Origin: Dipteris shenzhenensis
Taxonomy: Eukaryota
Reading direction: 5' to 3' (one strand)
DNA: 64,000 nucleotides
Assembly (NCBI GenBank): GCA_047967505.1
Contig: CM106538.1
The stretch's first letter is position 1. Each line of letters opens with the position of its first letter. Below are positions 49,701-62,688 of this stretch, piece by piece. Both the position numbers and the translations under genes were made by a program. The notes below the pieces were generated by a model, which worked only from the letters and a program-made list of their open reading frames with translations, searched no databases and was not told the origin of the DNA.

Positions 49701-51959
49701 GTCATAGCTGTACCTTCCTTCATGCGAAGGTCGACAAGCTTCTTCAACCAATAAACCTTACTGGCTGAACTCTTTTGGGCGTACAACTCTTCTAGCCTCT
49801 GCCATAGGCCATAAGAGGTCTTTTCTGCCTGAACATTGAACACAAGAGAATCAGTGAGAGTAAGCATGATAGCCGCCCTTGCGGACAAATCAAGCTCCTC
49901 CCACTCATCATCTGCCATCCCAGATGGCTTGACACCCTTCACCCTTATGGGCTTAGAAATCTTCTTTAGCAGAAGTACATTCAAACACTGTTCTGCCCAT
50001 AATGCATAATTGTGTGCCCCTTCCAATTTCTTTATGTTCAGTATTGAAGATTCACTTCCCCCTGATGCCATATCAGATAAGGAAAGTGCCTGACTCCCTG
50101 TAAGTCAAAAAAAATGACTAAATAAAATTCTGATTTCTAGAGAAAACCTGCTTTATCAAGAGCCAGGAGCACTCACAATAGTGCTGTTTTTTACTGTCAA
50201 AAAATCTGCAGCAAAACAAAAAATTTTCCCTCCAGTCACTGTACCTTCTGACACACTGTACCGTGCTCAAATAGGCATAAAACAGTAACTACAGAATGCT
50301 GCAACTGTTCCACAAGTGCTTTACAAGTGCATCATCATCTGACGAAACACAAAACACTGATGTCCTGATCACTTCTCCCACCTCAGATGAGGTATTGCAC
50401 TGATTTTATATGCATAAACCACTTGTCATACACTGTTTTGTCCACTGAAAAAGGCTCCAAACACCTCAGCCTGTCACAAACCTGCAACAAAGTATGGGAC
50501 AAATCCCAAACAATCACCCTTTTGCCAAGGGGATAAAAGGCATCTGAAGTTCTCAAACAGTAACTCAAGTGCTCACAAGCAAAATCTGGGCAAAAGCCCC
50601 TTGATTTGACACCTGTACCAAGTGAAAAACACCTCAACACTGAGGTAGCATACAAAATACAGCGCTCTCCTGGCACTTTCACCTGACAAAGTAATGCATA
50701 AACTGCCTGTGTGCATAGTGGCAACACAGATCCCAACGTACAAACACCGAAAAGAAGATCTTTTGAGCACTGTCAACGATGGACAGTTAGGGACCGAGTA
50801 AACTCGATGCGCCCTGGCCAAGCGTGGCTCAACTGAGATTTTCTAAGTGCCGTACACAAAATGTAACCTGCAAAGAAATGTCACTGATACACTGCGAAAA
50901 AACGAGACCAATGTGGGCACCTTGGCTCCACACTGCCCCAAGGCATACACTGCATTCACTGTCAGGCAAAAGCCCTATGAAATTGTCACCCGAAAACTGA
51001 GATTTGCACTCAGCAAAAGCATAAAAGCCCTCTGCAAAATCAAGGCATCTGACCTTCCCGAAAAAAAAAAACTGTGCAACCACCACACACTGTGGCACTA
51101 GTCACCTCAAGCACGAGGGACACGAGTGTACTTGATGTACCTCAAACACACAGTTTTAAAACTGAAAATTCTGGGAATGCATCAAGAAAAAAAAACCTCG
51201 TTGTACTTTTGTACCTGCGTGTACTTGCAAGTACCACGCAAAAAGAGCAGAGTGCTCTCCCTTTTTCCTTCTTCCCAAAAAAAAAAATTTCTGTGCTTGC
51301 TGTACCTGCAAGTACCTGCTGTACCTTGTACTTGCGAGGGCACGGATCCCCAAAAAAAATTGTCGAAATTCTGGCTGAGGGTACAGCCGGTACGGCTGTA
51401 CCTTGTACTTGCACGCGTCCGTACAGCCGGTACGGCTGGCTGTACCTGTCGTGGCATCCGTACAGCCGGTACCGCTGGCTGTACGGCTGGTCGCGGCTGC
51501 TGCCTTGCAGCCAGTCGACTGGCTGCACGCGGCCGGCGCTGCGCGCGCTGGCTGCGCCCACCGGGTAGTGGGTAGCAGCTAGCAGCAGCTAGCTGCTGCT
51601 GCAGCTATGGGTGCTCGCGCACCTGCTGCGCGCGGCGGGTGCCCTGGCTTGCTGCTGCCCTGCTCGCTGCTGCCGCGCCCTGCTCGCTGTTGAGGGCACG
51701 AGGCCCGAGGGGAGAGGAAGGGGTAGAGGGAGGGGTAGACCGAAGTGAGAGAGTGGCTCTGATACCACTTGTGAGGGAAAGAGAGGAGGTGGAACGTTAG
51801 GAGAGGGAGACACAAGAAGTGTGGGTGTGTAAAAAAAGTGTTGAGCCACACCACAAACTCAAAGGTTTTATTAGGATTAGGGATTCCCCCTATGACTGTC
51901 TTAAGACAGTCATAGGGGTCATAACTTTTAAAGGGTGGCAATGTGCCTTTACCCCAACA
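46739..51959 (-). mobile_element. Complete-ended Ty1/copia LTR retrotransposon with internal protease/integrase deletion
   Basis: 190-bp LTRs at 46739-46928 and 51770-51959 (2 substitutions), TSD GAGGT, iMet PBS 51756-51767, PPT about 46929-46940. Confidence 0.97.
47027..50071 (-). pseudogene. Copia gag-pol (gag, CCHC, RT, RNase H), frameshifted; integrase core absent
   Basis: CFYCGKKGHVKSKC, QMDVKTAFLHG, LYVDDML, SDYAG…EAEY…CDSQSA…KHID…NPADLLTK. Confidence 0.93.
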
Positions 51960-52258
51960 GAGGTTGCTGGCAAGAATACATATGCAGGATGCTGTCTTAT
52001 GACGGAATCTAGCAGGCCCAAGGATCTTCGAGCACAGAAAATTTAGCCACCGGTCCTCTTAATTCTGGAAAATAATTCGATTACTCTCCTGACTCCCACA
52101 TGAGACCAATATTACAACATCGGAACTAATTTGAAGCTTGAACTTGCATGAGTTCAGCATTGAGATGCAAAAACCATGAATGCCAAAGAAGTTGTAACTA
52201 CATTCAAAATGGCATTATGACACCAGTTATCTCAGAGAGAAGTTAGGACTAATCTCAC

Positions 52259-52401
52259 CTCAAAATGCCTTGCAAAGTCTTGTGCCCACTGCGAGAACCA
52301 ACAACATCTTTTGCAATAGCAGCAACTGCCATGCCTGCTTCCAGTGATTCTACTTGAGGCAAAGACCATCGAATGCATTCGACAAGCATGGGGCCACTCA
52401 C
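52259..52401 (-). CDS. Host gene exon: VSGPMLVECIRW...SRSGHKTLQGIL(R)
   Basis: ctctgcag|GTG acceptor, AG|gtgaga donor, 143 nt. Phase 0 in and phase 2 out match both neighbouring exons. Completes the repeat IAKHQ-VSGPMLVECI. Confidence 0.8.
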
Positions 52402-55119
52402 CTGCAGAGGAAGTTGCTCAGTTCATGATTAATCTGCTTTCTATACTGAAGGATATGCAGAAGCTCAAAGTTCAAATAAAGGGCATAAATAAAGCAAAGA
52501 TACACAGACCAAGAAATAAAACATCAAAATATCAAATACAGATAAACAGACTGATCAACTATAAGATCAGGTTTGTTCCTAAATAATGCAGTCTTGGCTT
52601 CACACAGTGCCAATGACAAGATATAAACCATGGACACAACATGTAGAGTGAGGACTACCTATATGTGCAGCATAAACTTCACAAAAATACATCATGATTT
52701 GATTCCCAACATTGACTCCTTTGTTTTCCAATCTGAAACCATGGAAAATTTTGTTCTTCAAATGAAACTTGCACAACGTTTGGCCACCTTCACAGCCATG
52801 ATACTCCTCACAAAATCCCTGAACACAACTTCTGAACAGTTTGTCAAGCCTGACAGAGGAAAGCAAAGGTAGCTTTATAGCGGCATCAAATTCCCATGTC
52901 ACGTATAAACTCTAGCAAACAATGTCACTTCTCTTTTCCAATTTAAGGCCATCACCTAGTGAGCACTAGCTTTTGCTCCTCTGGATGCCCTCGTACTCTT
53001 TCTAGGATTTTTTGAAGAATTTAAAAATGTGGCTATCATTTGACCTTGGGAAAAATATTTAGGCGTTGGCCACCTCCATTTTGATAGCCTCCTGCCAGTT
53101 TGGCAGCTTCTTTGTCTCAATTTTAGTCCTCAAAATTTGGCTTCTACTTTTTGGCTGATCTTCCTCTCCTTCAGTCTTCTTGGTTGGCTTCTTCCTCTTA
53201 TCATTCTTTTTCAGCTGACTTATTTGCTTGCCGTCCCCTTCACTGGGACCTGTAAAAGGCCCCCTCTCATGAATATCTCCTGTAGGATCCTGGTGAGTCC
53301 AGGAAGAGTTGAGGAGCTTCAGGGAATCACCTCTAGGTGGAAGCTGAAACCCTAGATACCAACCACTCAGCACAAGAGGAGAAAGAAGACTCGGTACATG
53401 TAGACTCCCAAGATGCCTAATAAAGGTCAACGAGAGAAAACGCTTTTGTCTAGGGTCAATCACCAAGCTCCTCTGATTTTCCTTTTTTGCTAAGTGCTAG
53501 AACCCTTGGAGGATATACCAATGGATTTGGAAGAGAAGTTAATGCCAATATAATTCTTCAATCTAGCTACAATTGCCCTATTTACACTAAATGCTAACCT
53601 GGGTGTTTTACTGGGAAGTAAAAGACATGCTTCCGCAAGCAGGTACTGAAGGTGTAAGAGAAATAGCCAAAGAATTTGTATAGATAAAGATGATCCTTGA
53701 TGATGGGCATCGCCTACAGATGGTGTGGCAAGCTTTTGTCAAGTAGGGCATGGCTAGGGCAGTAGATCAAACCACCGGTTGTGAGCCCTCATTAAACAGG
53801 ATGAAAGGTTGGTCTTTGCCATTTGAATAGGATAGTATATTAGGGCCACCGGTCGGGCAAAGCATGCAGGGTAGACTTGCACTGTCAAGTAAAAGCAGTA
53901 CGGTAGCACTGGAGCAGCCTAGAGCAGTACAGTCGTACCTGGAGCAGCCTAGAGCAATATGGACAGTACAGTAGCCTTTGAGAGCACATCAGCTGTCTTC
54001 TGGAGCAGTCGACCTCAATGCAGCAGTCTGCAACAGGGCGGGCAGAGGCAAGAACAGTCTAGGGCAGGTCTGGGTTATTTAAGGCCATGTAGTAGGTGCA
54101 GACCTTGAAGGCTTGCTACAGACCAGGCCGGCCCAGTCGGGGGCCTGCCAGCCTAAAAAAGAAGGCCCGCGGCCTCATTTCAGTGATCAACCTTCACTCA
54201 GTGATAGCTCAACAGCAGTTGAGTCTATCCTCTGCAGGTTTTAAGGATAAACCAGGTGCAACCTACGTAAGATTCAGTAGATCCACTGCAGCCTAATCTT
54301 CCCCAGGGGCAGTTGTTCATGCTCACAGGGTGGGACACCGTCTGAGTTTTCCACAACAGCAAGAAGAGCAGCAATAGAGTTCAGAACAGCTAGTACTGAA
54401 GCATGAAGACTCTCTCCATCTTTGTCCAGAAGGTGGCTTCCATAGCCACGTGACAAAAAGACAGCATCCCAGAGTCCTTTTCAGCCGATAATTGGTTGTA
54501 CAACCGTGTGGGCATATTGAGCATCATTGCTCTTTCAGAAATCTGCATCGTGTGCTGTTCTTGCACAATCTTTCACTTTCTATGGACACGTTTCTGCTTA
54601 GACAATTCGCCGATATACGTCCTAAGATAGCTTCAGTAGTTAAATGTATGTTACAGCTAAAGGCCAGACAATAAAAAAGATCGATTTGGACATGAATTCT
54701 AAACCAAAGATAGTAAAAATTAATGAAAACTTGGAAGATTCCTTCACAGAAGAGGCCATGGACCCATTTAGAAATACACTAACATGAACGAGGTTCGTTC
54801 CACCATCACTTGCCAACCTAAACCTGAGTTTGTGCAGCAAACATCGAAAGGGATAGCCATGACTCTGGACCTACTACTGGACTTCTCCCACATAGCTATG
54901 ATAAGGACAGTAATCTGGCTTAATGAGTCTTGAGCACATTTAGCCCTCCTCTGATCTCATTATACAAGGGCCTTATACATCAATCCCCCTTCCACCTCCT
55001 TGGCTGGTGAAGCCACATTCACAAAACACTAGGGCCTTGAATTGTAAGTCTACAATGAGAATTTGGCCAACTCTTTCCTCTCTGGCTGGGTTACTGCCAC
55101 AACCTTTATCTTCCTGCAT

Positions 55120-58100
55120 CTAGGAGGCACCTTTGTTGAGATATGGGCTATTTCAATCTGATGTCCGACCACTCTCCAGTGGTACTTCACTTGGATCAGC
55201 CCCACCGAGGTCTCCCCCAGAAGGGGGTTCGCATCCCAGAGGACCTCTTGGAGGACAAGGAGATTCAACAGGTTATGGCAGAGATCTGGGAGCACTCAGA
55301 GATGGCACCGAGTGAGGGCTAGGCTGCGTGGGTTGCTGATGCGATTCAGAGGAGCAATATGGAGCTGCAGGCTCACGCCCTCAGGCGGAGGAGGACCCTT
55401 CAGGAGCGCAAGCGGGCTTTGAGGAGAGACCTCGCCTACATCGAGAGGCTAAGGGAGCAGGACCCAGTGTCTTAGTGGCTTAGTGATAGATTGGAGAGCA
55501 CTTGTCTCGAGCTTCAGGACACGGAGCTACGGCGGGCTGAGTTCTCTTATCATTCCTCCCGGGCCCAATGGGTACACCAGGGGGATAGGATGACGAAGCA
55601 GTTCTTTCACACCACTGGGCCCCGATCGACCGGCACACAGCAACAGCGTCTCCAAGATTCGCAGGGCATCATACACACTGACCCGCAGGAGATTCTTGAC
55701 ATGACCACTGGTTTTTATAGCCAGCTCTTTCAAACAGAGAGGATGACCCCAGCCGGTCTTGTGGCCCGAGAGCTAGTTTGGGATCACGTTCCGACAATAG
55801 TCTCGCGGGACCTATGCAACACCTATACAACAGACTTGAGGAGCCTTTCACAGATGAGGAGCTCTGGGAAGCCCTCAAGGCTCTCTCGACCCATAAATAC
55901 CCGGGGGAGGATGTCTTGACTCCGGCCTTCTTCCGGAACTTCTAGGAGATTATCTCCACCCCTTTCCGTTTAGCTTGCCAGGAGATTTTCAACACAGGCC
56001 TTCTCCCTCAGTCCTTGCGTAGGGGGTGGATTTGTTTGATCCCGAAAGGGGGAGATAGGTCAGATATCCGACAGTGGAGGCCAATCACTTCGCTTGATAC
56101 TGCATACAAGGTCCTCGCCAAGGTCTTGAGTTTGCGGTTACGGCCTCATCTTACCGACATCATCCATGACACACATACTGGGTTTGTCCAGGAGCGCAAC
56201 ATCCTAGACAACATCTTCACATTCTGGGAGGCAGTGGATTGGTCCAGGGAGGAGTCACAGCCACTGGTCATCCTTCTCTTGGACTTCGAGAAGGCCTACA
56301 ACAGGGTGGAGTGGTCTTTCCTCGAGGGCACTATGAGGAGATTGGGTTTCTCAGACCGATGGATCAAAGGAGTTTCAGCGCTATACGTAAGGAGCTCTAG
56401 TTAGATGATTATCGGAGGACACACAGGCAATGCCTTTCCTCTCTCTCACTCAGTCCGCCAGGGCTGCCCACTAGCTCCCTTCCTCTTCTTGTTTGTAGCC
56501 GAGGCTCTGGGCTACTACTTGAGATCACAGGTGGCGGGTCTCACAGGGTTGAGACTCCCAATCAGACAGGAGGAGGAGCTCCTTGACTCGGAGTTTGCAG
56601 ATGACACCGCCTTGTATGTTGAGGGCACCACAGCGAGTCTAGAGAGAGTCAAAGGCACGCCTTGGCTATCTATTGTGAGGCCTCGGGGACATGGATCAAC
56701 TAGACGAAATCCATAGGCTTCTTCACGGGCTTTGAGGAGACACAAGAGATCTGTGAGTGGGAGAGTGACTTTGGTTTCAGATGGATACCGCGGGGCCAAA
56801 CAGCGAGATACCTCGGATGCCAGGTGGGTATTGACATCATAGCAGAGCAGCAAATTGCCCCGGTCCTTGAGAGTGTTCGGCGCAGCTTCTCTATTGGAGC
56901 TCGGCCAAACTCTCCCTCGTAGGTCACGCCTTAGTGGCAAACCAGGTCCTTCTTGCCACTGCCTGGTATATTGCCTCTTGTTGGTGCTTTCACAAAGGAT
57001 GCATTGGGCAGCTCCGACGGTTGGTACGGAACTTCCTCTAGGCAGGTTCAGACGGCACGAGGAACACTAGGGCCCGAGTAGCTTGGCAGACGGTGATCAT
57101 GCCGCAGGCACTGGGAGGTTTGGGTATCATTGATCCGGAGATGCAGAGCAGGGTCCTTCTGGGCAAGTTGGTGGTTCGTGGCCTCACCCTAGGTGCTAAG
57201 CCTTGGAAGCTCCTCTTACAGAGAGGGCTTCTGAGGAACACCCCATGCACTAGGGGACAGTGGCAACCTTCACATAGATGGATCTTCTCAAAGGCCCCCC
57301 TTATGGGAAAGGGCTCCCTCCTGATGAGGAGCCTCCACAGGATTTGGCAGAGACTAGCAAGGGGCCTCATCCGTGCTCCGCCCAGATGCAGAGAGGAGTT
57401 TGAGCACCAGTCCCTTATGTGGCACCCAGATGTCAAAGATCAGGAGGGACGTATGCTTGGGCAGCGAACTCACATTGGCTGGGCACAGTGGGACAGTGGT
57501 CCAGCAGGGTCTTTTGGTCACTGGAGCAAGCTACCTATGGAGGCAAAGGCGAGGCTTGACGCCCTATCGCATCTGAGAGGGGCACGGCAGCGGATGGTCG
57601 AGATCGACTTAGCCATTCATGAGTCCTAGGGGAAGGACTTCACATTTGGAGAGACAGCAAATGGTTGGGGCAGCTTTCTCGTATTGGTGTTCCTTTAAGG
57701 ATTTTGATGCAGCACAGCAGCATGCACCCCGACTTCTTCCGTGTAGGACCTGGAGGCCTGCTTCAGCCCCTCATTGGGAGTGACCCTGAGATGGATGGGA
57801 GTCTTGATGATTGATCCCAGTATCTCAGAGCAGGACGACTCTCAATGGCGCCTCTGGCTATGGGAGGGTAGACCCCTAAGGGAGGTCCAGTGGGACCCGG
57901 GGGAGTGGTTCTGGCCCTCCAGGGGCGGCCTAGCTGAGACGATAGATGAGGTGCCTTTCTTTTCCTACACCACACAGATTGGCAAGAGACTTCAGATGGA
58001 CTCGTCCAGGTGGACTCCCTCGAGGGAAAGACACTGGGTGACCCAGAGAGTGCCCCGAGATGTTCGCTCTAGGTTTTGGACATGGTTGTGGTCCAGCTTG

Positions 58101-58270
58101 CAGTCGAGGAAGATCTCATACTTCTTCTGGCTGGCAACCCACGGAGGCTTGCCCATCGGCCCGTGGTTGGAGCAGATGCGAGTGGAGGGGCAGTGCCACT
58201 GCTGCTCAGATCGTGTCCTGGAGACTATCCCGCACTGCCTATGAAGCTGTCGTAGCACAGCGAGGATCTG
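55120..58270 (+). mobile_element. Degenerate LINE family B ORF2 (end of endonuclease to zf-RVT)
   Basis: SDHSPV, IRQWRPITSL, DFEKAYN, RQGCPLAP, FADD, WDPGEW, CHCC…PHCL; colinear with 31029-35416. Confidence 0.92.
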
Positions 58271-59514
58271 GATGAGTCGATCGGCGGGCTCCGTAAACAA
58301 GGAGGGGATGTCCCCAAGTGTGATATATGTGTCGACCCTCTGTCTGAGCTATCGGGTCACGGTCACATCAAGGCCTCATCTCGTGGGGGTCCATGTGATC
58401 TGGCTGAAAGAACTCTGTGATAGAGCTCTAAGAGGGATTAGCCGAGGAAGGAGTGTGTTCCTGTCTCCGTGCTCGGAGTATCCTTTCGCGGTGTCTATGT
58501 ACCTCATGAATGAAACCTGCCAAACACCGCTGGTCTGGGTAGGAGAGGAAACGGACTAAAATCCCATAGCTATCTCTAAAGAGGCAGTGGAAACGCCCTC
58601 CGATCTAATAGTAAACAGGACACCTGAAGATGAAATGCTCCTCTGTCTCAACCTCCTGCATGTCACACAGTGTGCATATGCGCCTCTCCCTAGGTAGTCA
58701 CTCTGCTCTACCACTCTCGATGCGAAGTGTGTGTGAAGAGACCCGGAATTGCCCACGAGAGATCCTTAGCGAGTGGGGTAGGTGAATCTACGTGTATCCT
58801 GGTGGGTCAATGAAACCCTCCGCTGTGATATGTAAGAAGTGATCTCTGTAGAAGCTAAGCTTCACTGGGAGTTCAATCGGTCCCAACCAGATCTAAAATG
58901 TGTGTAGCTGTAGTAGATCCTCATGGATAACCTGGTTGACCTCATGTGATAAGAGGGGAGAAAACGGAGCATCCATGGGGTAATGGAAGGGAGGTAGTCT
59001 ATCCATGTGGAGCCCCAGTCGCTCAAACCATCTCGTTGTACGTGCATACCAGCACCTCTGGTCCCCTCCTACTGCAAGTGCCATAGAAAAGGACAGAGCT
59101 ATCCATGGTAGCTTGCTACGCCCCGAGGTGTAATCCCCATATTCCCTGACTCGGTACAAATACGTGATGACCTGAAATGCAGCATCTAGCTGTAAAGGGG
59201 ATGACCCAAACTCAGCCTGAATGACCTGGTGAGGAACGGATGGCTTACCACGAATCATCCATGATAACATGAGACCCTGTAGCAGCTCCACACGGGCCCA
59301 CTCTATATCCGATAAGTCTGGCCCCCAACATGGGCTGCCGTACATCCCCGCTGGGCGAACCAAGGAGTCAAAAAGCAGCCCCTTGGTGTGTGGATCCTGA
59401 AAGTGCGAGTGGAAGCACTGCCTCTCTAGTCTGGCCAATGAAGCATACCCTCTGCTCGCGCGTGCCAGCATCGCGCGTCTCATAGTGAAGCTGGGTCCGA
59501 AAAAGATAAGTGTA

Positions 59515-59616
59515 TGATGAAACTATCTCAGTAGATGACCCCTCAAATGTGAACTGCTCCTGACGCATGATGAAACTATCTCAACAGGTGACCCCTTAGA
59601 TGTGAACTGCTCCTGA
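59515..59616. repeat. ~53-bp tandem duplication
   Basis: atgatgaaactatctca…atgtgaactgctcctga x2. Confidence 0.9.
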
Positions 59617-60191
59617 GAGTTTAAGTCTTGATGGATACCATCATTATGATCACTAATTTTGTTCTGTGAATGTATGGAATAGAGTGTATCATGCCAATCG
59701 AAACCTTTCATGAGGCTCTTGATCATGACATAGGTGACTGGGGTTCTAAAGAGCATCTCTTCACCCTTGCCTCAATGGACAGAAAGTGTGCAAAGGAAAC
59801 ATCGATAATGTTCTTCTATACCTAATCAAGATTTCCTTGTTTGGTCTAAGGGTGCCAGTATTTCTTAAGCGTTTTGTATTCATCATCATGCCAGCTATTT
59901 TGAGATGCAAACCCTTTGGTGGCTTTCCTATGTTTTTGACTGTGTAGGGGAAGGAGTGTTGTGCTGCGATGTGGATGAAGAGAAGAGATTTGGCATCAAA
60001 GTCTAGATCTCATCTGTGTGCTGTAAGACAAGTGGTGAGATAGCTACCATAGATGTGGTTAGGGAGTGATCAAAGTCATACTAGTAGTACGTGGAAGAGT
60101 GATCCGAGTGTCCGGTGAGGGAATATTAAAGCTAAGGATAAGTGCAGATGGTCCGATCCTAACATAAGAGGGCATACTATGAGACTAGAAA

Positions 60192-60478
60192 TATGTGACA
60201 TGAAGGTAAGGGATCAAATTACATAGTCCACCACCTCCATGTGGGCAGCATGTATATGCTCTCTAACCCTTGGCCACCTCTGTAATTCATGGTACAGAGC
60301 ATCTCATGAATGGTACACATGTCAAGCATATATCTTACATGTGTGAAGGCAAGGGATCCCCATGACATAGTCCACCACCTCCATGTGGGCAGCATGTGTA
60401 TCTCTCTAACCCTATCCACCTCTGTAATTCATTGTAGATGAGCAGCTCATGAGTGGTACACATGTCAAGCAAATATCG
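60192..60478. repeat. ~143-bp tandem duplication within the RTEX-like endonuclease
   Basis: acatagtccaccacctccatgtgggcagcatgt…ggtacacatgtcaagca x2. Confidence 0.9.
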
Positions 60479-61999
60479 TCCACGTATGACTGTGGACCTA
60501 GTATGAGTATGCTCTGACCTACATCCAAACTCTTCAAGTGGGAGAACTGGCAGTGCCAAGGAAATCCAAAACCTTTGTCTATGTGTTCCTCACCCTGGCA
60601 TTGAAGTCCCCTATGAGTATGACCTCTCCTTGCTGTATATACCTCTGAATGTCCTCGTTAAATACTATAAAAGGTGAAATGTCTATGGGCATAGTCAAAT
60701 GTCTAAGGGGGAATTAGCATATTGTAATTTGCACCTCTGCGGTCTATATGTTCTCCTGAGTCAAATCCGCATGTATCTAACTTGCTCATCTGTCCAAGTA
60801 GCTATGATTTGTGCCTAAAGGTGGGAGCGGAAAACAACTACAACTCCTCCCAACCCTAACACCCCTCCATCTGCATGGGTCTATAAGCGATATGTGGATT
60901 GCAACGTGTATCCTTGTAATATGGATGGCCCCCTCTAAGGGCTCTAGTGTATTGTGAGATCTTTCCCTCTAAAAGTCTCAACAAAGTTGCCATAAGGTCC
61001 CGTTTCTCTCCCAAAAAACAAAAGACAAAGTATTGATGGTCCCAGCGGCTGTGTACCCCCATTTGGGAGGGGGAGTTTCCAGTTGTATATGGTAACCCTG
61101 CCATCCCTATAGACTTCCCGTTTTCCCTTCCCTCACCTACATCTTGATGCCTTCTTTCTCTCCTCTATTTGCATTTGGGGAAGATCCTCATTGATACAGA
61201 TGGGGTTCCTTCAGATTTTTCCACTTCATGAGGATGAAAGAGTAGTTCTCTTCCATATTTTTAACAAATGTTCTTATGAATCATAGTGCTACTACCTTAG
61301 TTCCTTCACATGACAAGGTGTATGGAGCAGTCTACACATTGTAATCATCTAAATTAGAGATACTAATGTTATGTTTGTTCCAATTTCAAACTTTCCCTCA
61401 GTTGATCCAATGTCAAACACCTAGGATTCTTAATCCAAGAGACTTGTGGAATGTACCATGACTAATATCGATCAAAATTTGTATGTGCTAACTTTCAATT
61501 CCTTGACACCAGAGTCTCAGAAAAATTTCCAATCGTTATTGGACCACCTCCACATTGAAATCCTATACATTGTAATCATCGAAATTGGTAATCCCAATGT
61601 TATCTTGTTTCAATTTCAGATCTTGTCCCTAGTTTTATTTCGTTCTTTTCCCACCCTCAAACAATTTTCCTAAAGTTTTAATGACATTTAGTAAAGTTTT
61701 ATAGCCGATTTCATAACGATGCCTAGCTAACACTGCACCCTAAAAACATATCATTACAAACTCTAGTTCCCATTCACTAAAACAAACGTGTGCATATACT
61801 TCAAAAAAATATAGAACAATAAAACTTTCACAAGCACAAGCCCTAAAAGAAATTGCATTTCAGCTAGGTATTCAAACACAAATTTTTCTCAAAAAAAAAC
61901 CTGCATCCATGGGCATGCATGTCATTCCTCCAACCTTCAAAGGCCAAAATGTTCTACTTCTAAAATCAATCACTCATTACCCATACAATTGTAAGTTAC

Positions 62000-62143
62000 C
62001 TGATGCTTAGCAATATTGACAAGTCCACATGAATCTGTAGTCATCTCATGGCACAGTTGAGATAACGCAAACATTGCTAAGCTAGGAGGGAACTTTGACT
62101 TCCTTCCAGGAATAGACTTCAATGCTGTAATCAGCACTTCAAC
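62000..62143 (-). CDS. Host gene exon: VEVLITALKS...GLVNIAKHQ
   Basis: gtgcag|GTT acceptor, CAG|gtaact donor, 144 nt, phase 0, open frame. Ends in the first half of a PUF-like repeat (LVNIAKHQ). Confidence 0.8.
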
Positions 62144-62173
62144 CTGCACTGCCACATTCCTGATAGCTTAACA

Positions 62174-62175
<2 letters not shown>

Positions 62176-62227
<52 letters not shown>
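62176..62227. repeat. (CT)n microsatellite ~30 bp from a host splice acceptor
   Basis: Directly visible. Confidence 0.95.
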
Positions 62228-62229
<2 letters not shown>

Positions 62230-62688
62230 CTCATCCTGCTCCTGCTCTCTGCTCCGGCCTGCCCCTTTCCCTTCGCTGCTCCCCTGCTCAGCCTGCTCCT
62301 GCTCTCGCGCTTCTGCATTGCACCTACTCTAGTCCTCCCACTCCAGCCCTCCTGCTCCAGGCTTCCTGCATCATGATTCATGCCACCCCTACTGCTCCAT
62401 CGAAACTCTGCTGCATTGCTTTCCTGCTCCCCCCTCCAACCCTCCCTACCCCTGCTCTAGCCTTCTTGCTCCATCATGCCAGCCTTCCTGTCCACCGAAG
62501 CTTTTCTGCTCACCACGCCTCTGCTCCATTGCGCTTTTGCTCAGCCCTCCTGCCATCAAGCCTTGTTATCTCTATGGCCCTCCCTACATTTCTCCTTTGC
62601 TGCTCTCCTGCCCCTCAAAGAAATAACAGGCAACTAGGACAGCTGTAGGAAAAGCCAAACAAATTCAAGCATCCTCTAAAGTACCAAC

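Larger units (their letters stand above)
58275..60900 (-). mobile_element. Degenerate RTE/RTEX-like non-LTR element (endonuclease remnant and post-RT/zinc-finger region)
   Basis: ILIGDFNAR and GRYLLDMC…YTC endonuclease motifs; LFDSLVRP..MYGSPCWG; FRVSSHTLRIESGR…RICTLC…ETEEHFIFRC. RT core mostly missing. Confidence 0.7.

Noticed and set aside
52659-52849. Possible extra host exon (ORF 52600..52902) with AG/GT-like ends
   Set aside because: Its phases do not fit the neighbours, and joining 62000 directly to 52401 completes a PUF-like repeat without it.
53059-53466. 135-aa ORF as a homologue of the LINE ORF1 C-terminal domain
   Set aside because: The similarity is only a few residues and cannot be supported by eye.
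54274-54480. Protein-like stretch GLWDAVFLSRGYGSHLLDKDG… as a host exon
   Set aside because: Weak splice sites, upstream stop, no recognisable motif, and it would interrupt a repeat. Left unassigned.
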